A stretch of 63,760 bases of DNA, the filler included, from Octopus bimaculoides (lineage: Eukaryota): assembly GCF_001194135.2 (NCBI RefSeq). It is 7 parts of 7 records of this genome, joined end to end, with 100 filler letters (N's around TTAATTAATTAA, not from the genome) between each part and the next. Parts side by side here need not be neighbours in the genome. Positions count along the whole stretch, not along the records: positions 17,464 to 37,742 come from NC_068997.1; positions 37,843 to 54,136 come from NC_068994.1; 5 more parts are not named here. The stretch is one strand, 5' to 3'. Shown piece by piece: positions 36,288-49,434 of this stretch. Within the stretch, counting starts at the first letter, position 1; every line of letters starts with the position of its first letter. The translations under genes and the position numbers were made by a program. Below the pieces are notes generated by a model. That model did no database searches. It saw only the letters and a list, made by a program, of their open reading frames with translations, and was not told the origin of the DNA.

Positions 36288-36849
36288 TTTTTAATCACAT
36301 TCATAGAAACCCTAGATGCTAACCATGAATTATAAAATAACTTTTTTCAGCTTATTGGACTTTAATATGGGAAAAACTTACAACACTCTATGCCAATAAA
36401 CTATTATCATTCCTGAAAGTTATTTTTTATACCTACTACAGACTGCTCGAAATTTACTAACATCTGACACCTAGATCCTTGGATTTTAAAATTACACACA
36501 CACACACATTAATAAGTCAAATACTGACTTGGATTTAAATAGTAATTTTAATATTGCAGACCTAAAATCTAGAACTATAAACAAATCTACTTATAACAAA
36601 TGTAATAATGGAGATTTAAAATCAAATATTCAAGTTGATAAAATAACAAGAGTAGGTGATTTTAATAGTGAGAATAGAAAGGTGAACAATTATATTCATA
36701 ACAAAAGGAAAAATCCTAAGATTGCTGATAACCGAGTTAAAAATTCTTGTACTGCTAATGAAAATGAAGATGTAGTATTTTCTAATATAAATCTCAAATT
36801 CTTGTAATAGAAAATTGGCTAAAATAAATACTAACTTTAAAATGGATTG

Positions 36850-37190
36850 AAAGCAGAGAATACTTCTTTGAAAAACAGATATAAACATCAAAATCTTAAC
36901 TCGAAGAATACTTTATGGCTAATTGTTCCATTTGGTAAACAGGTCAATTACAATTTTTCCAAATTCCAAATTAAAAAATATTTCCCAAGTAACCACAGAC
37001 ATTACAAAATTTTTAATCAGCATAAAATTAGATTGGGTTATTGTCTTGTCTTAGTCATAATATTCTTTTCTACTCTAGGCACAAGCCTGAAATTTTGGTG
37101 GAGGGGGTCAGTCTATTAGATTGACCCCAGTGTGCAACTTAGTCGTAATATTGCACAAATTATAGCAACACATAATATTAAAATAAGATG
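36850..37190 (+). pseudogene. Penelope-like retroelement relic (post-RT region)
   Basis: NTLWLIVPFGKQVNYN...KKYFPSNHRHYKIFNQHKIRLGYC and then NIAQIIATHNIKI resemble the PLE motif WFNPPFSKxV...KHFPxxH.LxKIFN...KxSYSC..NIxxIIxxHNxKI, recalled from memory. A SINE fragment interrupts it at about 37075-37140. Confidence 0.6.
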
Positions 37191-37435
37191 GAAATTTCAA
37201 AAAAGTGATTAGAATCTGAATAGTGTAATAAATTTGAAGCATAATAATGTTGAACAGAATAAGGAAACTCGAATACAAGGGAACGCTAAGAAATTAAATG
37301 TTGTGGAAATGGAAACAACCCAATTTAACATGAACAATAACGTCAAATCGAATAAAGTTCAGCTAGAAATAGAACAAAGATAATGTTATCTAAAGGAGTA
37401 AATAATAATAGAAAATTTGGTGGAAATTAATTTAA

Positions 37436-37464
37436 TCTATATATCAGTATCTATATAAGACAAG

Positions 37465-37524
<60 letters not shown>

Positions 37525-37742
37525 ATGAATGTACTTTATGCATGTCCACAAATTAGCACGCATATCGCTCCAATTTTAGATTTGTCATGACCCTATCTGC
37601 ATTTTCGTTAACTTTTTCTCTCAGAGGCACCTGCGTATAGATATAAAAATCGATTGTCAACCATATGCGTATGCACGTGAAGGAGGCGTATGCGCATGAA
37701 GGAGGCGTATGCACGTGAAGGAGGTGTATGTGCATGAAGAAG
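37436..37742 (+). mobile_element. 5' part of a second copy of the 34560 Helitron family
   Basis: A|TCTATATATC start. cacaaattagca...ctccaattttag...ctctcagaggcacc.gcgtatag..taaaaatcgat is shared with 34625-34740. Confidence 0.75.
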
Positions 37743-37842
37743 NNNNNNNNNNNNNNNNNNNNNNNNNNNNNNNNNNNNNNNNNNNNTTAATTAATTAANN
37801 NNNNNNNNNNNNNNNNNNNNNNNNNNNNNNNNNNNNNNNNNN

Positions 37843-38360
37843 GAGTCACAGAGTCATAGAAGGTCATAGGGATTATAGAGAGCGAGAGAGTCACACAGAG
37901 CCATAGTGTCAGAGAAAGCCATAGTGGGACATCGAGAGTCAGAGAGAGTCATAGAAATTCAAAGTGGGTCATAGATAGTCAGAGAGGGTCATAGAGAGTC
38001 AGAGTCATAGTAATTCATAGTGGGTCATAGAGTCAGAGAATCATAAAGGGTCAGAAAGGTCATAGAGAGTCAGAGTCACAGAAAATCATAGTGGATGATA
38101 GAGAGTCAGAGAGGGTCATAGAGTCGTAAAGGGTCATAGAGGGTCATAGAGAGTCAGAGAGTCATAGAGAGTCATAGAGGGTCATAGAGTCGTAAAGGGT
38201 CATAGAGGGTCATAGAGAGTCAGAGAGTCATAGAGAGTCATAGAGGGTCATAGAGAGTCAGAGAGTCAAAGAGGATCATAGAGACTCAGAGAGGATCATA
38301 GAGAGTCAGAGAGGATCATAGAGAGTCAGAGAGTCATAGAGGGTCATAGAAACTCATAGG
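37843..38360 (+). repeat. Minisatellite of 9-10-nt units (gagtcatag / agagtcag / agggtcatag)
   Basis: Directly visible degenerate tandem array. Confidence 0.85.
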
Positions 38361-38364
38361 GCTG

Positions 38365-38570
38365 GTTTCCTGGTTTCTGTGGCGCATATACTCCCCCACC
38401 TGGACAGGACGCTGGTCCGTCGCAGGATCGCTCATTTTTTCCAGCTGAGTAGACTGGAGCAACGTCAAACGAAGAGTTCTGCTCAAGAACACAATGCATT
38501 GCCCGGTCCGGGAATCGAAACTACAATCTTATGATCATGAGTTCGACACCCTAACCACCAAGCCACGCGC
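38365..38570 (-). mobile_element. Third tRNA-derived SINE type
   Basis: Minus strand reads gcgtggcttggtggttagggtgtcgaactcatgatc...gtttcgattcccggaccggg (A/B boxes). Similar relics at about 27620-27730 and 42690-42790. Confidence 0.6.
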
Positions 38571-39531
38571 GTCTATGCGCCTCCTTGATCTGATATATGG
38601 GCAGGCTAGTCACAGCAGGAAGGATCTGGATCCTTCGTGAGCACATTCAGTACAGGCCTAATTGAAACATAACATGGTCTTCAACTAAATTCCTACCTGG
38701 TCAAGGGACCTGCCTGATGGCCCCTATACTCTATGAAGAAGGACCTTCAAGATCGCTTTGAGTGTACGTACATCATGCTTCTTATGAGGACTCAACACGT
38801 CTCATCGCATGAGTACAACGCCACAGAAGAGATCGTGGCTGTGTGGTAAGAAGCTTGCTTCCCAACCACAGGGTTCCGGGTTCAGTCCCACTGCGTGGCA
38901 CCTTGGGTAAGTTTCTTCTACTATAGCCCCGGGCCGTCCAGAGCCTTGTGAGTGAATTTGGCAGATGGAAACTGAAAGAATCCCTTCATGTGTGTGTGTG
39001 TGCGCGCGCGCGTGCATGTCTATGTGTGCGTGTGTCTTTGCGTCTGTGTTTGTCCTCCGTCATCGCTTGACAACCGGTTGTTGGTGTGTTTATGTCTCTG
39101 TAACATAGTGGTTCGGCAAAAGACACTAATAAAATAGGTAGCAGGCTTTAAAAAAAGTNNNNNNNNNNNNNNNNNNNNNNNNNNNNNNNNNNNNNNNNNN
39201 NNNNNNNNNNNNNNNNNNNNNNNNNNNNNNNNNNNNNNNNNNNNNNNNNNNNNNNNNNNNNNNNNNNNNNNNNNNNNNNNNNNNNNNNNNNNNNNNNNNN
39301 NNNNNNNNNNNNNNNNNNNNNNNNNNNNNNNNNNNNNNNNNNNNNNNNNNNNNNNNNNNNNNNNNNNNNNNNNNNNNNNNNNNNNNNNNNNNNNNNNNNN
39401 NNNNNNNNNNNNNNNNNNNNNNNNNNNNNNNNNNNNNNNNNNNTACCAACCACCCAACCCGGCAGTTTTCCTTCATCCACGTTACGGATATTAATAAACA
39501 CCGCCACCGTTTCCTTTATTTCTCTTCTTTT

Positions 39532-39574
<43 letters not shown>

Positions 39575-40837
39575 GTCTGTCTGTCTGTCTTTCTTTCTTT
39601 CTTTCTTTCTTTCTTCCCTCCTCTCTCTCTCTTTCACTTTCTTGCTCTCTCTGTCTCTGTCTGTCTGTCTGTCTGTCTCTGTCTGTCTGTCTGTTTCTGT
39701 CTGTCTGTCTGTCTCTGTCTGTCTGTCTGTCTCTGTCTGTCTCTCTCTCTCTATATATATATACATATATGTGTGTGAGTGTGTGTGCGTGTGTGTGTGG
39801 GCGTGTATGTGGCTGTGTGTCTGTACCTATGTTCGCATGTTTCTGTATGTTTCAGTCAGCTCGTGAATGTATGTAAGTATGTATATCTGTGTGCACGCGC
39901 ATGCGCGTGTGTGTCTTAGTGTGTTCAGTGGTGTGCTTCATGAGTATATTTTACCAGAACTTTCTCGACTCAGGGTCAAGTTTAACATTCCATTCTTATA
40001 TCCTTGTTGCGTGGTAACTATATTACACGAAGGACAGGCTGGAGTGTTGCGAAAATTAATCGCGTAATGTCGGAATAAACACAATAAAAAAGACCAAAGT
40101 TATTATTTTGAGTACACCTAATACGTACTGTTACGTAATACTAACCTCGAGTTGACATTTTAAAATTATTTCGAAATGTTGTCTGAAGACGATGGCATTA
40201 CGTATCGGTTATCTTACGTAACCGCTTCAAACGTGCGTATTAAAAGGATTCAAAATATCAGATTTTGGTTTTGTAATAATTCCTTTGTGTGAATGTGCAC
40301 GTGTGTGTATGTGTGTCTGTGTGTGTGCACGAGTGTGTGTGTGCTCGAATGTGTGTGTGCGTGTGTGTGTGTGTGTGTCTGTGTGCGCGCGCGCGCGTAT
40401 GTGTGCGTATGTATGTGTCTGTGTGTTTACATGTGTGTGCGTGTGTATGTGTGTGTATGTGTGCGTGCGTGTGTGTGTCTGTGTGTGCACCTGTGTGTGT
40501 ATGTGTACTTATTTTATTTTGTCGTGTTTGTTTTCGTCATTGTTCTGTACGTCCACACACACACACATACACGCACACACACTTATATATATATATATAT
40601 CAAAAATTTTGCAAAAGCACAGCAAACAGAATTGCTCGAAATGTGGAGTAGATAAACAGCCGACAACTGTCTTGTTTTCCATTTGTTTCTCGCATCGTTC
40701 GCAAACAAAAATTTTGTTTTCGTATTTCATGTTGTTTACGTTTTGTGACGTCCTGTACCGATATATGCATATATATACATATATACGTCAGTATGTACAT
40801 ATATGTATGTATATATGCCTATATATATATATTTCAT

Positions 40838-40888
<51 letters not shown>

Positions 40889-41120
40889 GTGCTGCTGCTG
40901 CTACTGCACTTGCTGTACCAGTTACATTACTAGCATCCACCTGCTAGAAATAACTGTCTATTCTCCCTCAAACCATCAACTTCCGTCTTCAAAAAGCGAT
41001 ACATTTTGTTGTTTGATCCTATGCCTGAAACTTTAAAATTATCGGGATGGTCACGGCTGACATGTCTTTTGATCATAGATCTGATTGACCTGACGTTACC
41101 CAACAAAAACGTAACACTCA

Positions 41121-41173
<53 letters not shown>

Positions 41174-41451
41174 CCATGCCTGCCAGCCATCGTCTTCCTG
41201 TCACCGATGATGTCTCAGAAAGAATAGCAGCGCTAGAGTGAGTGTTGCCCGTACATATGAAAATACGACGCGCTTCTTTCAGTTTCCGTATACCAAATCC
41301 ACTCTCTAGACTATGGTCAACCCGGGGTTATAGTAGAAGACATTTGCTCAAGCTGCCGTGCAGTGGGACTGAACCCGTGACCACATGGTTAGGAAGCAAG
41401 CTTCTTACGACAAAACCACACCTGTTAAAAGAACGAAAAAAAAAAAGCAGC

Positions 41452-41524
41452 AGCCTCCAATGAGGATCGAACTCATGACCCCTGGTTTACAAGACCAGTG
41501 CTCTAACCACTGAGCTATAGAGGC
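41452..41524 (-). tRNA. tRNA-Thr(UGU)
   Basis: GCCTCTA-TA-GCTC AGTGGTTA GAGC-A-CTGGT CTTGTAA ACCAG-GGGTC-ATGAG TTCGATC CTCAT-TGGAGGC-T. All four stems pair, anticodon TGT at 41489-41491, and an oligo-T Pol III terminator starts about 5 nt downstream. Confidence 0.95.
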
Positions 41525-44500
41525 AACTGACTTACGCTAGATATATAACAAGTAACAGCGACAGAAGCAGTTTCATTACCAAAAGGTAATATTTATCTTC
41601 CACTTAAAAGTCGATGTTGTGTTGGAACATAGAATACAGCGTTGTTTAGCAGGAGAGAACCTCTCATACGGACAACACGAGTTCATATGACAAGTCTTCT
41701 AACACAACATCTACGTTTTCGAGGGCCCAGGGCGGCCGGGACGAGAATCTGTTGATTCTTTTCCTCGGCTTTTAAATTGCGCTATAATTCTATTAACAGT
41801 AGCAAGAGGAATTGGAAGATTTTTGGCAATTTTTCACTGGCTAAGACCAGCCTCAGATTACCCAACAATACGACCTCTTTGAAAATTTGACAGTTTTGCT
41901 GAATTTTTTTGTGCGTGGCATGGTTACTCTTCGCAAATGTTTAATATAATGGCACTTGGAATGAAAAAGAATATTTACATTATAAATTCTACACTGTTGA
42001 AAACATATTTTAATTGACTTGAAATGGTCGTTCTGCCTTGGTTTTGACTTTTATNNNNNNNNNNNNNNNNNNNNNNNNNNNNNNNNNNNTATATATATAT
42101 ATATTTCAGTGATGTGACGGCACACGTGCTTATGCAGGACTATTCTTTTTCTTCTGTGTGAACTCTTTTCTTTTTCCTCTTTCTGACGAAGGAGTGATGC
42201 TTGAAACGTGACGTTCACCTTCTTTTTCCATCTTAAACTTTCTCTCAGAGTCAATCTAATACTGAGTACATCCTTTGGACTTTTGTTGCTTTCCCTGTTT
42301 TTATTTTTGGTTTGCCTCTGTGCGCGCGCGCGCGTATGTGTGTGTCTAAATTCATAGTCAGGTGGTTATATACTCCTCAGAAAATAATTTCATCGATCGG
42401 ATTCTCTGGATTTTCAGTTACACGGACACTCTATATTACAACTTATTTGTAATTGATAACTCTGTGGACAGATAGCCGAGTCCATAAGAAGTGCTTCCTG
42501 TGAAATCCGTACGATTCTCTGAATCTACATTTTATATATATATATATATATAGTAAAGTTTATTTGCCCCCTGTAAGCAAGGGGGCTCACTACTCCCTTT
42601 TAACCGTTGGTAGTACCAGCAGCTTCTAGCTTATTTCCTTTCCTCGGTGCTGAGAGGACACAGACGGTAAGAATGAGTTATACCTGTAACTCAAAGCAAC
42701 GTAAAGTCGCTTGCTGAAGGACACAACGCTCCTCTGGGAATTGAACTCAGTATCTTACCATCGTGAGCCAAATACCCTGGCCACTAAGCCAGGCTTCTCC
42801 TCAGCTATACATACATTAAATGTTCGTCTGTTCGTTTGTTTCCCACCGAATTGGTGAAGTTTAGAATGGTAATGAATGTCTGCTGAGTAAAAGAATAAAT
42901 CTACCTCACAACCAGGTTTCATCTGCGATGAAGAGTTTGGAGTCAGAAAAGATCTATTTGTAGCCATTAAAATAGTATCGTTACAAGTATTATCAATGAC
43001 AAAACATCGTTTTTCATGAGATTACTGTTTTCATCAAGGCTAATTCGTATGTTAGTTTTTTTTTCCTTTTTAGAGGATAAAAGTTATATTCATTATAAAT
43101 CATAGGAGGTAGGTTCAAATACAGTCTAAGTTTTAGCATTATGTATTGTATTCATGCAAGCGGTTAAGGCGGCGAGCTGGCAGAAACGTTAGCACGCCGG
43201 GCGAAATGCTTAGCGGTATTTCGTCTGTCTTTACGTTCTGTGTTCAAATTTCGCCGAGGTCGGCTTTGCCTTTCATCCTTTCGGGATCGATAAATTAAGT
43301 ACCAGTTGCGTACTGAGATCGATGTAATCGACTTAATCCCTTTGTCTGTCCTTGTTTGTCCCCTCTATGTTTAGCCCCTTGTGGGCAATAAAGAAATAAG
43401 AAACGTTAGTACACCAGGNNNNNNNNNNNNNNNNNNNNNNNNNNNNNNNNNNNNNNNNNNNNNNNNNNNNNNNNNNNNNNNNNNNNNNNNNNNNNNNNNN
43501 NNNNNNNNNNNNNNNNNNNNNNNNNNNNNNNNNNNNNNNNNNNNNNNNNNNNNNNNNNNNNNNNNNNNNNNNNNNNNNNNNNNNNNNNNNNNNNNNNNNN
43601 NNNNNNNNNNNNNNNNNNNNNNNNNNNNNNNNNNNNNNNNNNNNNNNNNNNNNNNNNNNNNNNNNNNNNNNNNNNNNNNNNNNNNNNNNNNNNNNNNNNN
43701 NNNNNNNNNNNNNNNNNNNNNNNNNNNNNNNNNNNNNNNNNNNNNNNNNNNNNNNNNNNNNNNNNNNNNNNNNNNNNNNNNNNNNNNNNNNNNNNNNNNN
43801 NNNNNNNNNNNNNNNNNNNNNNNNNNNNNNNNNNNNNNNNNNNNNNNNNNNNATATATATATATATATATCTACGAGTTGACCAAAACGTTGTGAGTGGA
43901 TTTGGTAGACGGAGACTGAAAGAAGCCTGTCATATATATATATGTGTGTGTGTGTGTGTGAATCGTTGGCGATTTTTTACCTCCGTCTTCCCTTCTATTG
44001 GACTTAATTCTGTTTCCATAGAAGAGCGTCTGCTCGAAATGTTAAACCATCTTTCTTTCCCTTCCTGAGCATGTACCATGTCCTCACGTTGCTGTTTTTT
44101 GTTTGTTCTTTCTTTTTGATTTTTTGATTAAAAATAGTGAATATCGGTTTATGAGTTTCCCGTCCATAAAGGGTTTAGCTTTATGGTTTAGCTTTATGAT
44201 GAGGGGTATGACTTAGTGCCTGTGTTTGTACCCACCGACGCTTGACAACCGGTGTTGGTGTGTTTACGTACTGGGGTCGATTCATTCAACTAAAAATACT
44301 TCGAGACGGTGCCCCAGCATGGCCGCAGTCTAATGAGTGAAACAAGTAAAAGGATAAAAAAAAGATAAAAAGATTACCACCACAAACAACAACAGTAACA
44401 CCACCACCACCACCACCACCACCAACACCACCACCAACACCACCACCGGCATTACCATCAATAACAACAACGCCACCTACAAGAACACCACCACGAACAT

Positions 44501-45349
44501 TAGCACAAACAAAGACTCCGCCACCATCAACGCGAACAACAATAACAATACTACCACCACCACTACCACCAACATCACCACAAACAAAATCAACTCCGCC
44601 ATCACCACCACCACCACAGTGAACAACAACAACAATAACCCTAACTCCACCGCCGCCACCACCACTATGTGTGACACACCTCCCCCCCTCCTTTCACTAT
44701 CTCTCTGCTGTGATCCCTCAGTTGATATCTCTTTACTACAGCCTTTCTCACCTTCTCCCCTCTCTCCTCCTTCTCCCTTTTCTGTCTTTCTGTTTTTCAT
44801 GTACGCACACACACACACACGCATATATATCCACATATACGCACATAAGCATACACATATACGCTTACGTACACACACATACACAAACACACTCTTACCT
44901 TCCCCCACCACCGCCGCGCAATATCTCTTTCTACCTCTGTCTCACTTCCCCTCCTCCCTCTCTCTTACGCTATCGTTACTCCTTCCTCTTCGTTTCCCAC
45001 CACCACACACACACAGGCACACACACACACACACACACATACACAGTACATACATACACACATGCATAGCACACGCAGATACACATATATTATAGATTTA
45101 TGCGCGTGTGTGTGTGTGTGTGTGTGTGTATATACAATTATGGAGATATATATGTATATATATGTATATATATTTACACACACACACACATATATATCTA
45201 TATACATATATATACCTATATAAACGAGTTATTTATATATATGTGTGTATGTATGTGTGTGTAACTGGTTCCTCAAGTCACATCACACTGCACACTCACA
45301 CACACATACACACATACACACACATACATACATACGGGTACACTTACCC

Positions 45350-46960
45350 AACCGCGTTTTGTTTCTCTCTCTCTCTCTAAATTTCCCCCTTTCTCTCTCC
45401 TATCATCCCTTCTTCTCTCCCTTTTCTCTTATCTTACCCTCCTCATAATTCCCTTTCTATCGCCTTTCCTCTCTCATTTAAACACTCTCTCTCTATTTTC
45501 TCTTTCTACCGCTTTGTTTCTTTCTCTCTCTGTGTCTCTCCAATTCCTCTTTTACTATATCACTATATTTTCTCCCTCCCTTTCTCTCTCTATCTCTCTC
45601 TCCAATTCCTCTTTTACTATATCACTATCTTTTCTCCCTCTCTTTCTCTCTCTCTCTATCTCCTTGCGCCTGTCTCTCTCTTTTCTGTCTCTCTCCACTT
45701 CCCCCTCCCGCAAATCATTCACGTATATACACACTCTTTTTTTCTGTCCCTTTCTCATCTCTGCTTTACTTATCTCTTTGCTTTCCTCTGCAGAGAGAGA
45801 GAGAGAGAGAGAAAGACTTAGAGAGAGAAACAGACAGACAGAGTAAAAGAGAAAAAGAAACAGGGTGAGAGACAGTGAGATAGTCATAGATAGGCGTGAG
45901 AAAGAGACAGAAACAGACAGCAAGAGAGAGAGAACGAGAGAGAGATAAACAGACAGCGAGAGAGAAAGAGAGTGAATGAGAGAGACGGAGAGAGAGAGAG
46001 AGAAGTATCAGACGAAGGTCGGTGGAGGAGAAGCGATGAGAATCCGTCTTCCTCTTCATCTCTATTATTCTCTTGTTTTGCTTTTCTTCACCAACCTGTC
46101 TAATTCTCCCTCTTCCTCTCTTTCCCTCTCTCTCTTTCTCTCTGTGTCTGTCTGTCTCCCTCTTTCTTACTCTCTCTAACCCTGAGTCTTTTTCTCGCAT
46201 TCATTTTCACTGTTTCCCTTTCACTCTATCTCTGTGTCTCTTTCTCAATGTCACTCTCTCTCTCTCTTTCTCTGTTTGCTATCTCTCTTTCTCTGTTTGC
46301 TATCTCTCTTTCTCGTTTTCTTTCTCTTTTCCTATCCCTCTTTATCATGTTCCTTCTCTCTCTTTATCACATCATTTCTCGCTTTCTCTCTCTTTCTCTT
46401 CTCCCTCTCTCTCCATTTCCCTCTATTTATCATATCATTCTCTTTCTTTTCTTTGTTTCTCTCTTATCTCCCTCTCTCTCTATCTTACACTCTCTCTCTC
46501 TCACTCCATTTCTATCTCTTACCATTCCCCTCCCTCACCGTTCGTCTGTCGTCTGCCTTTTCCCAACATGTTCCACCCTGATGACCTCTTTCTTGCTTTT
46601 CCTCTCTCACCCTCTCTCTCCTCTTCCTCTACCTTCTCCTCATTACACACTCTCCTTTTCTCTTTACTTCCCTCTACTCCTTCCCTCACAATATTTCTTC
46701 ATCCCTCTCCTCTCCCTCTACAACGTTCACCGCTTTTTATTCGCCTCCAACCACCAACTCTTCATCATTCACCCTTTCTTTCTTTCTTTCTTCTTTCCCC
46801 TTTCCCTCTACCACCATCCTCCCTCTCACACGCTACACTTTATCCTTTTAACTCCCTCCCCTTTGCTTCTCTCTACTACTCTCACCGTCACTCTCTTTCA
46901 CTCACTCTCTCATTGTCTCTTTCTTCTTCTCTTCCTTTTCTCGCTGTTATTTTTTTCCCC
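45350..46960. repeat. Long (CT/GA)-rich polypyrimidine/polypurine tracts
   Basis: Degenerate ctct/tctt sequence with a GA-rich block at 45790-46030. Source of the Leu/Ser-rich ORFs. Confidence 0.85.
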
Positions 46961-47036
46961 CTTCTGTCTGTGTGAATGTATGTGTCGATGTGTTTCTCTC
47001 TTAATACGTGTGTGTGCATGTGTAGCTGTGTGTATG

Positions 47037-47086
<50 letters not shown>

Positions 47087-47701
47087 TACATATATATATA
47101 TATAGATACACGCACACACACATATTAATAGATATACATACACAAGCATGTAAACACGTATATTTAGCAGACTGTACACACACACGTATATAAATATACA
47201 TGTATATCTATATATGTGTNNNNNNNNNNTATATATATATATATATATATGCATATATGTATATATATATATATATGTATGTGTATATGCATATTTGGAT
47301 ATATATTTGTATGTATATGTAGATATATATCTATATATATGTGTATGAATAAATATATATACATGTACATATATATATATATATATGCGTGCATGTATGC
47401 GTGCATGTATGCGTGCATGTATGCGTGCATGTATGCGTGTGTATTCGCTCACACACACATATACACACATGTATATGTATGTATGTACATTTAATGTATA
47501 CGTGTATGTATATGCATAAATATATTGATATATTTGTGTGTGTGCATTTATATAATGGATACCCGCGTGCGCGCACACTCGCGCACACACGCAAACAAAT
47601 TTGTGTGTATATATATATGTATGTGCGTGTGTGTACATAAATATATATATGTATATATATATATGTGCATATATATATTCATTTATAAATGTGTGAATAT
47701 A

Positions 47702-47745
<44 letters not shown>

Positions 47746-47755
47746 NNNNNNNNNN

Positions 47756-47791
<36 letters not shown>

Positions 47792-48187
47792 CAGACATAT
47801 ATATAGAAACATATATACACACATATACATAACGACTGTGTGTGCTTTCATCTCATAACTCCAAAAGTCACGTCTCTTTCTCTCTCCTCTCTCCCTCTTC
47901 CTCTCTCCCTCTTCCTCTCTCTCTCTTCCTCTCTCTCTCTCTCTCTCTCCCTCACTTTACAATGTTTGTCTCTCTCTCTCTCTTCTTCTATCTTTCCCTC
48001 TCTGCATTCTCTTCTCATTAGCTTTCTTTCTCTCTCCCATATTTCTCTCTCTCTATTTTTTGTCTCTCTCTCGTTTTCCCTACGTCTTTCATTCCACCAC
48101 CACCACCACCACCATCACCACCACCACCTCTACTATTTCTCCTCACCAACTTTAACTCTCTCATGTGGGTTAATTTGTACTCATTCC

Positions 48188-48219
<32 letters not shown>

Positions 48220-48419
48220 CAATCACAACAACAACATCACCAACACTTCCACCACCATCGGTGCCGCCACCACCACCACCCACTCTTTTCTTCCTCTGTT
48301 TTTCACTCTTTCTATAATTAATCTCTTCTTGTCTTTCTGTCTTTCTTTCTCTATCTTTCTCCTATCACTCTCTCTCTCTTTCTCTCTTTCTCTCTATCCA
48401 TTTCTGTCTCTGTCTGCCT

Positions 48420-48462
<43 letters not shown>

Positions 48463-48853
48463 CATGCTCTATCGATCTATCTCGTTTGATACATACGTTT
48501 ATATTCCCCCCCNNNNNNNNNNNNNNNNNNNNNNNNNNNNNNNNNNNNNNNNNNNNNNNNNNNNNNNNNNNNNNNNNNNNNNNNNNNNNNNNNNNNNNNN
48601 NNNNNNNNNNNNNNNNNNNNNNNNNNNNNNNNNNNNNNNNNNNNNNNNNNNNNNNNNNNNNNNNNNNNNNNNNNNNNNNNNNNNNNNNNNNNNNNNNNNN
48701 NNNNNNNNNNNNNNNNNNNNNNNNNNNNNNNNNNNNNNNNNNNNNNNNNNNNNNNNNNNNNNNNNNNNNNNNNNNNNNNNNNNNNNNNNNNNNNNNNNNN
48801 NNNNNNNNNNNNNNNNNNNNNNNNNNNNNNNNNNNNNNNNNNNNNNNNNNNNN

Positions 48854-48896
<43 letters not shown>

Positions 48897-49402
48897 TTCT
48901 CCCATATATATATATGTATATATGTATATATAAATTCCCTTTTCTCCCCCCTGTCGTCCATATTTTCCCTCTTATTACTATATTTCTCTATATTTTCCCC
49001 TCTGTTGGAGAGAAAAGAGGCATTTTCTCTGTCCAATTTCTCCTTTTCTATCTATCTATCTATCTACTACCTACCTATATCTATCTATATCTACGTATGT
49101 ATATATATGTGAGTGTATGTGTTATATATATATATATATATATGACGGTGTGTCTGTCTGTCATATGTCTTTATGCTTCTCTTAATCCTTCTCTTGATCT
49201 TCTATGTCTATCTTATGACTTCCGCTCTACTAATGCACGTCTATCTATCTATCTGTCTGTCTGTCTGTCTATCTATCTTCTGTATGTGTATGTATATATA
49301 CACATATATATATATGAACGTGCATACATATATATATAGACACACACACACACACACACACACAAATATAGATAGATGGATAGATAGATAGGTAGATAGA
49401 TG

Positions 49403-49434
<32 letters not shown>

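Noticed and set aside
39945-40032. Possible minus-strand phase 1-1 exon (ACPSCNIVTTQQGYKNGMLNLTLSRESS)
   Set aside because: Weak polypyrimidine tract and no recognisable homology. An open frame of this length is expected by chance.
40182-40215. CTGAAGA followed by a CGAT/ATCG stem
   Set aside because: It is followed by GTTA rather than GAAA, so it is not a hammerhead as written.
44015-44050. GAGC-GTCT-GCTC-GAAA hairpin resembling hammerhead stem II
   Set aside because: The upstream core reads CATAGAA rather than CTGANGA, and stems I and III do not form convincingly. At most a decayed relic.
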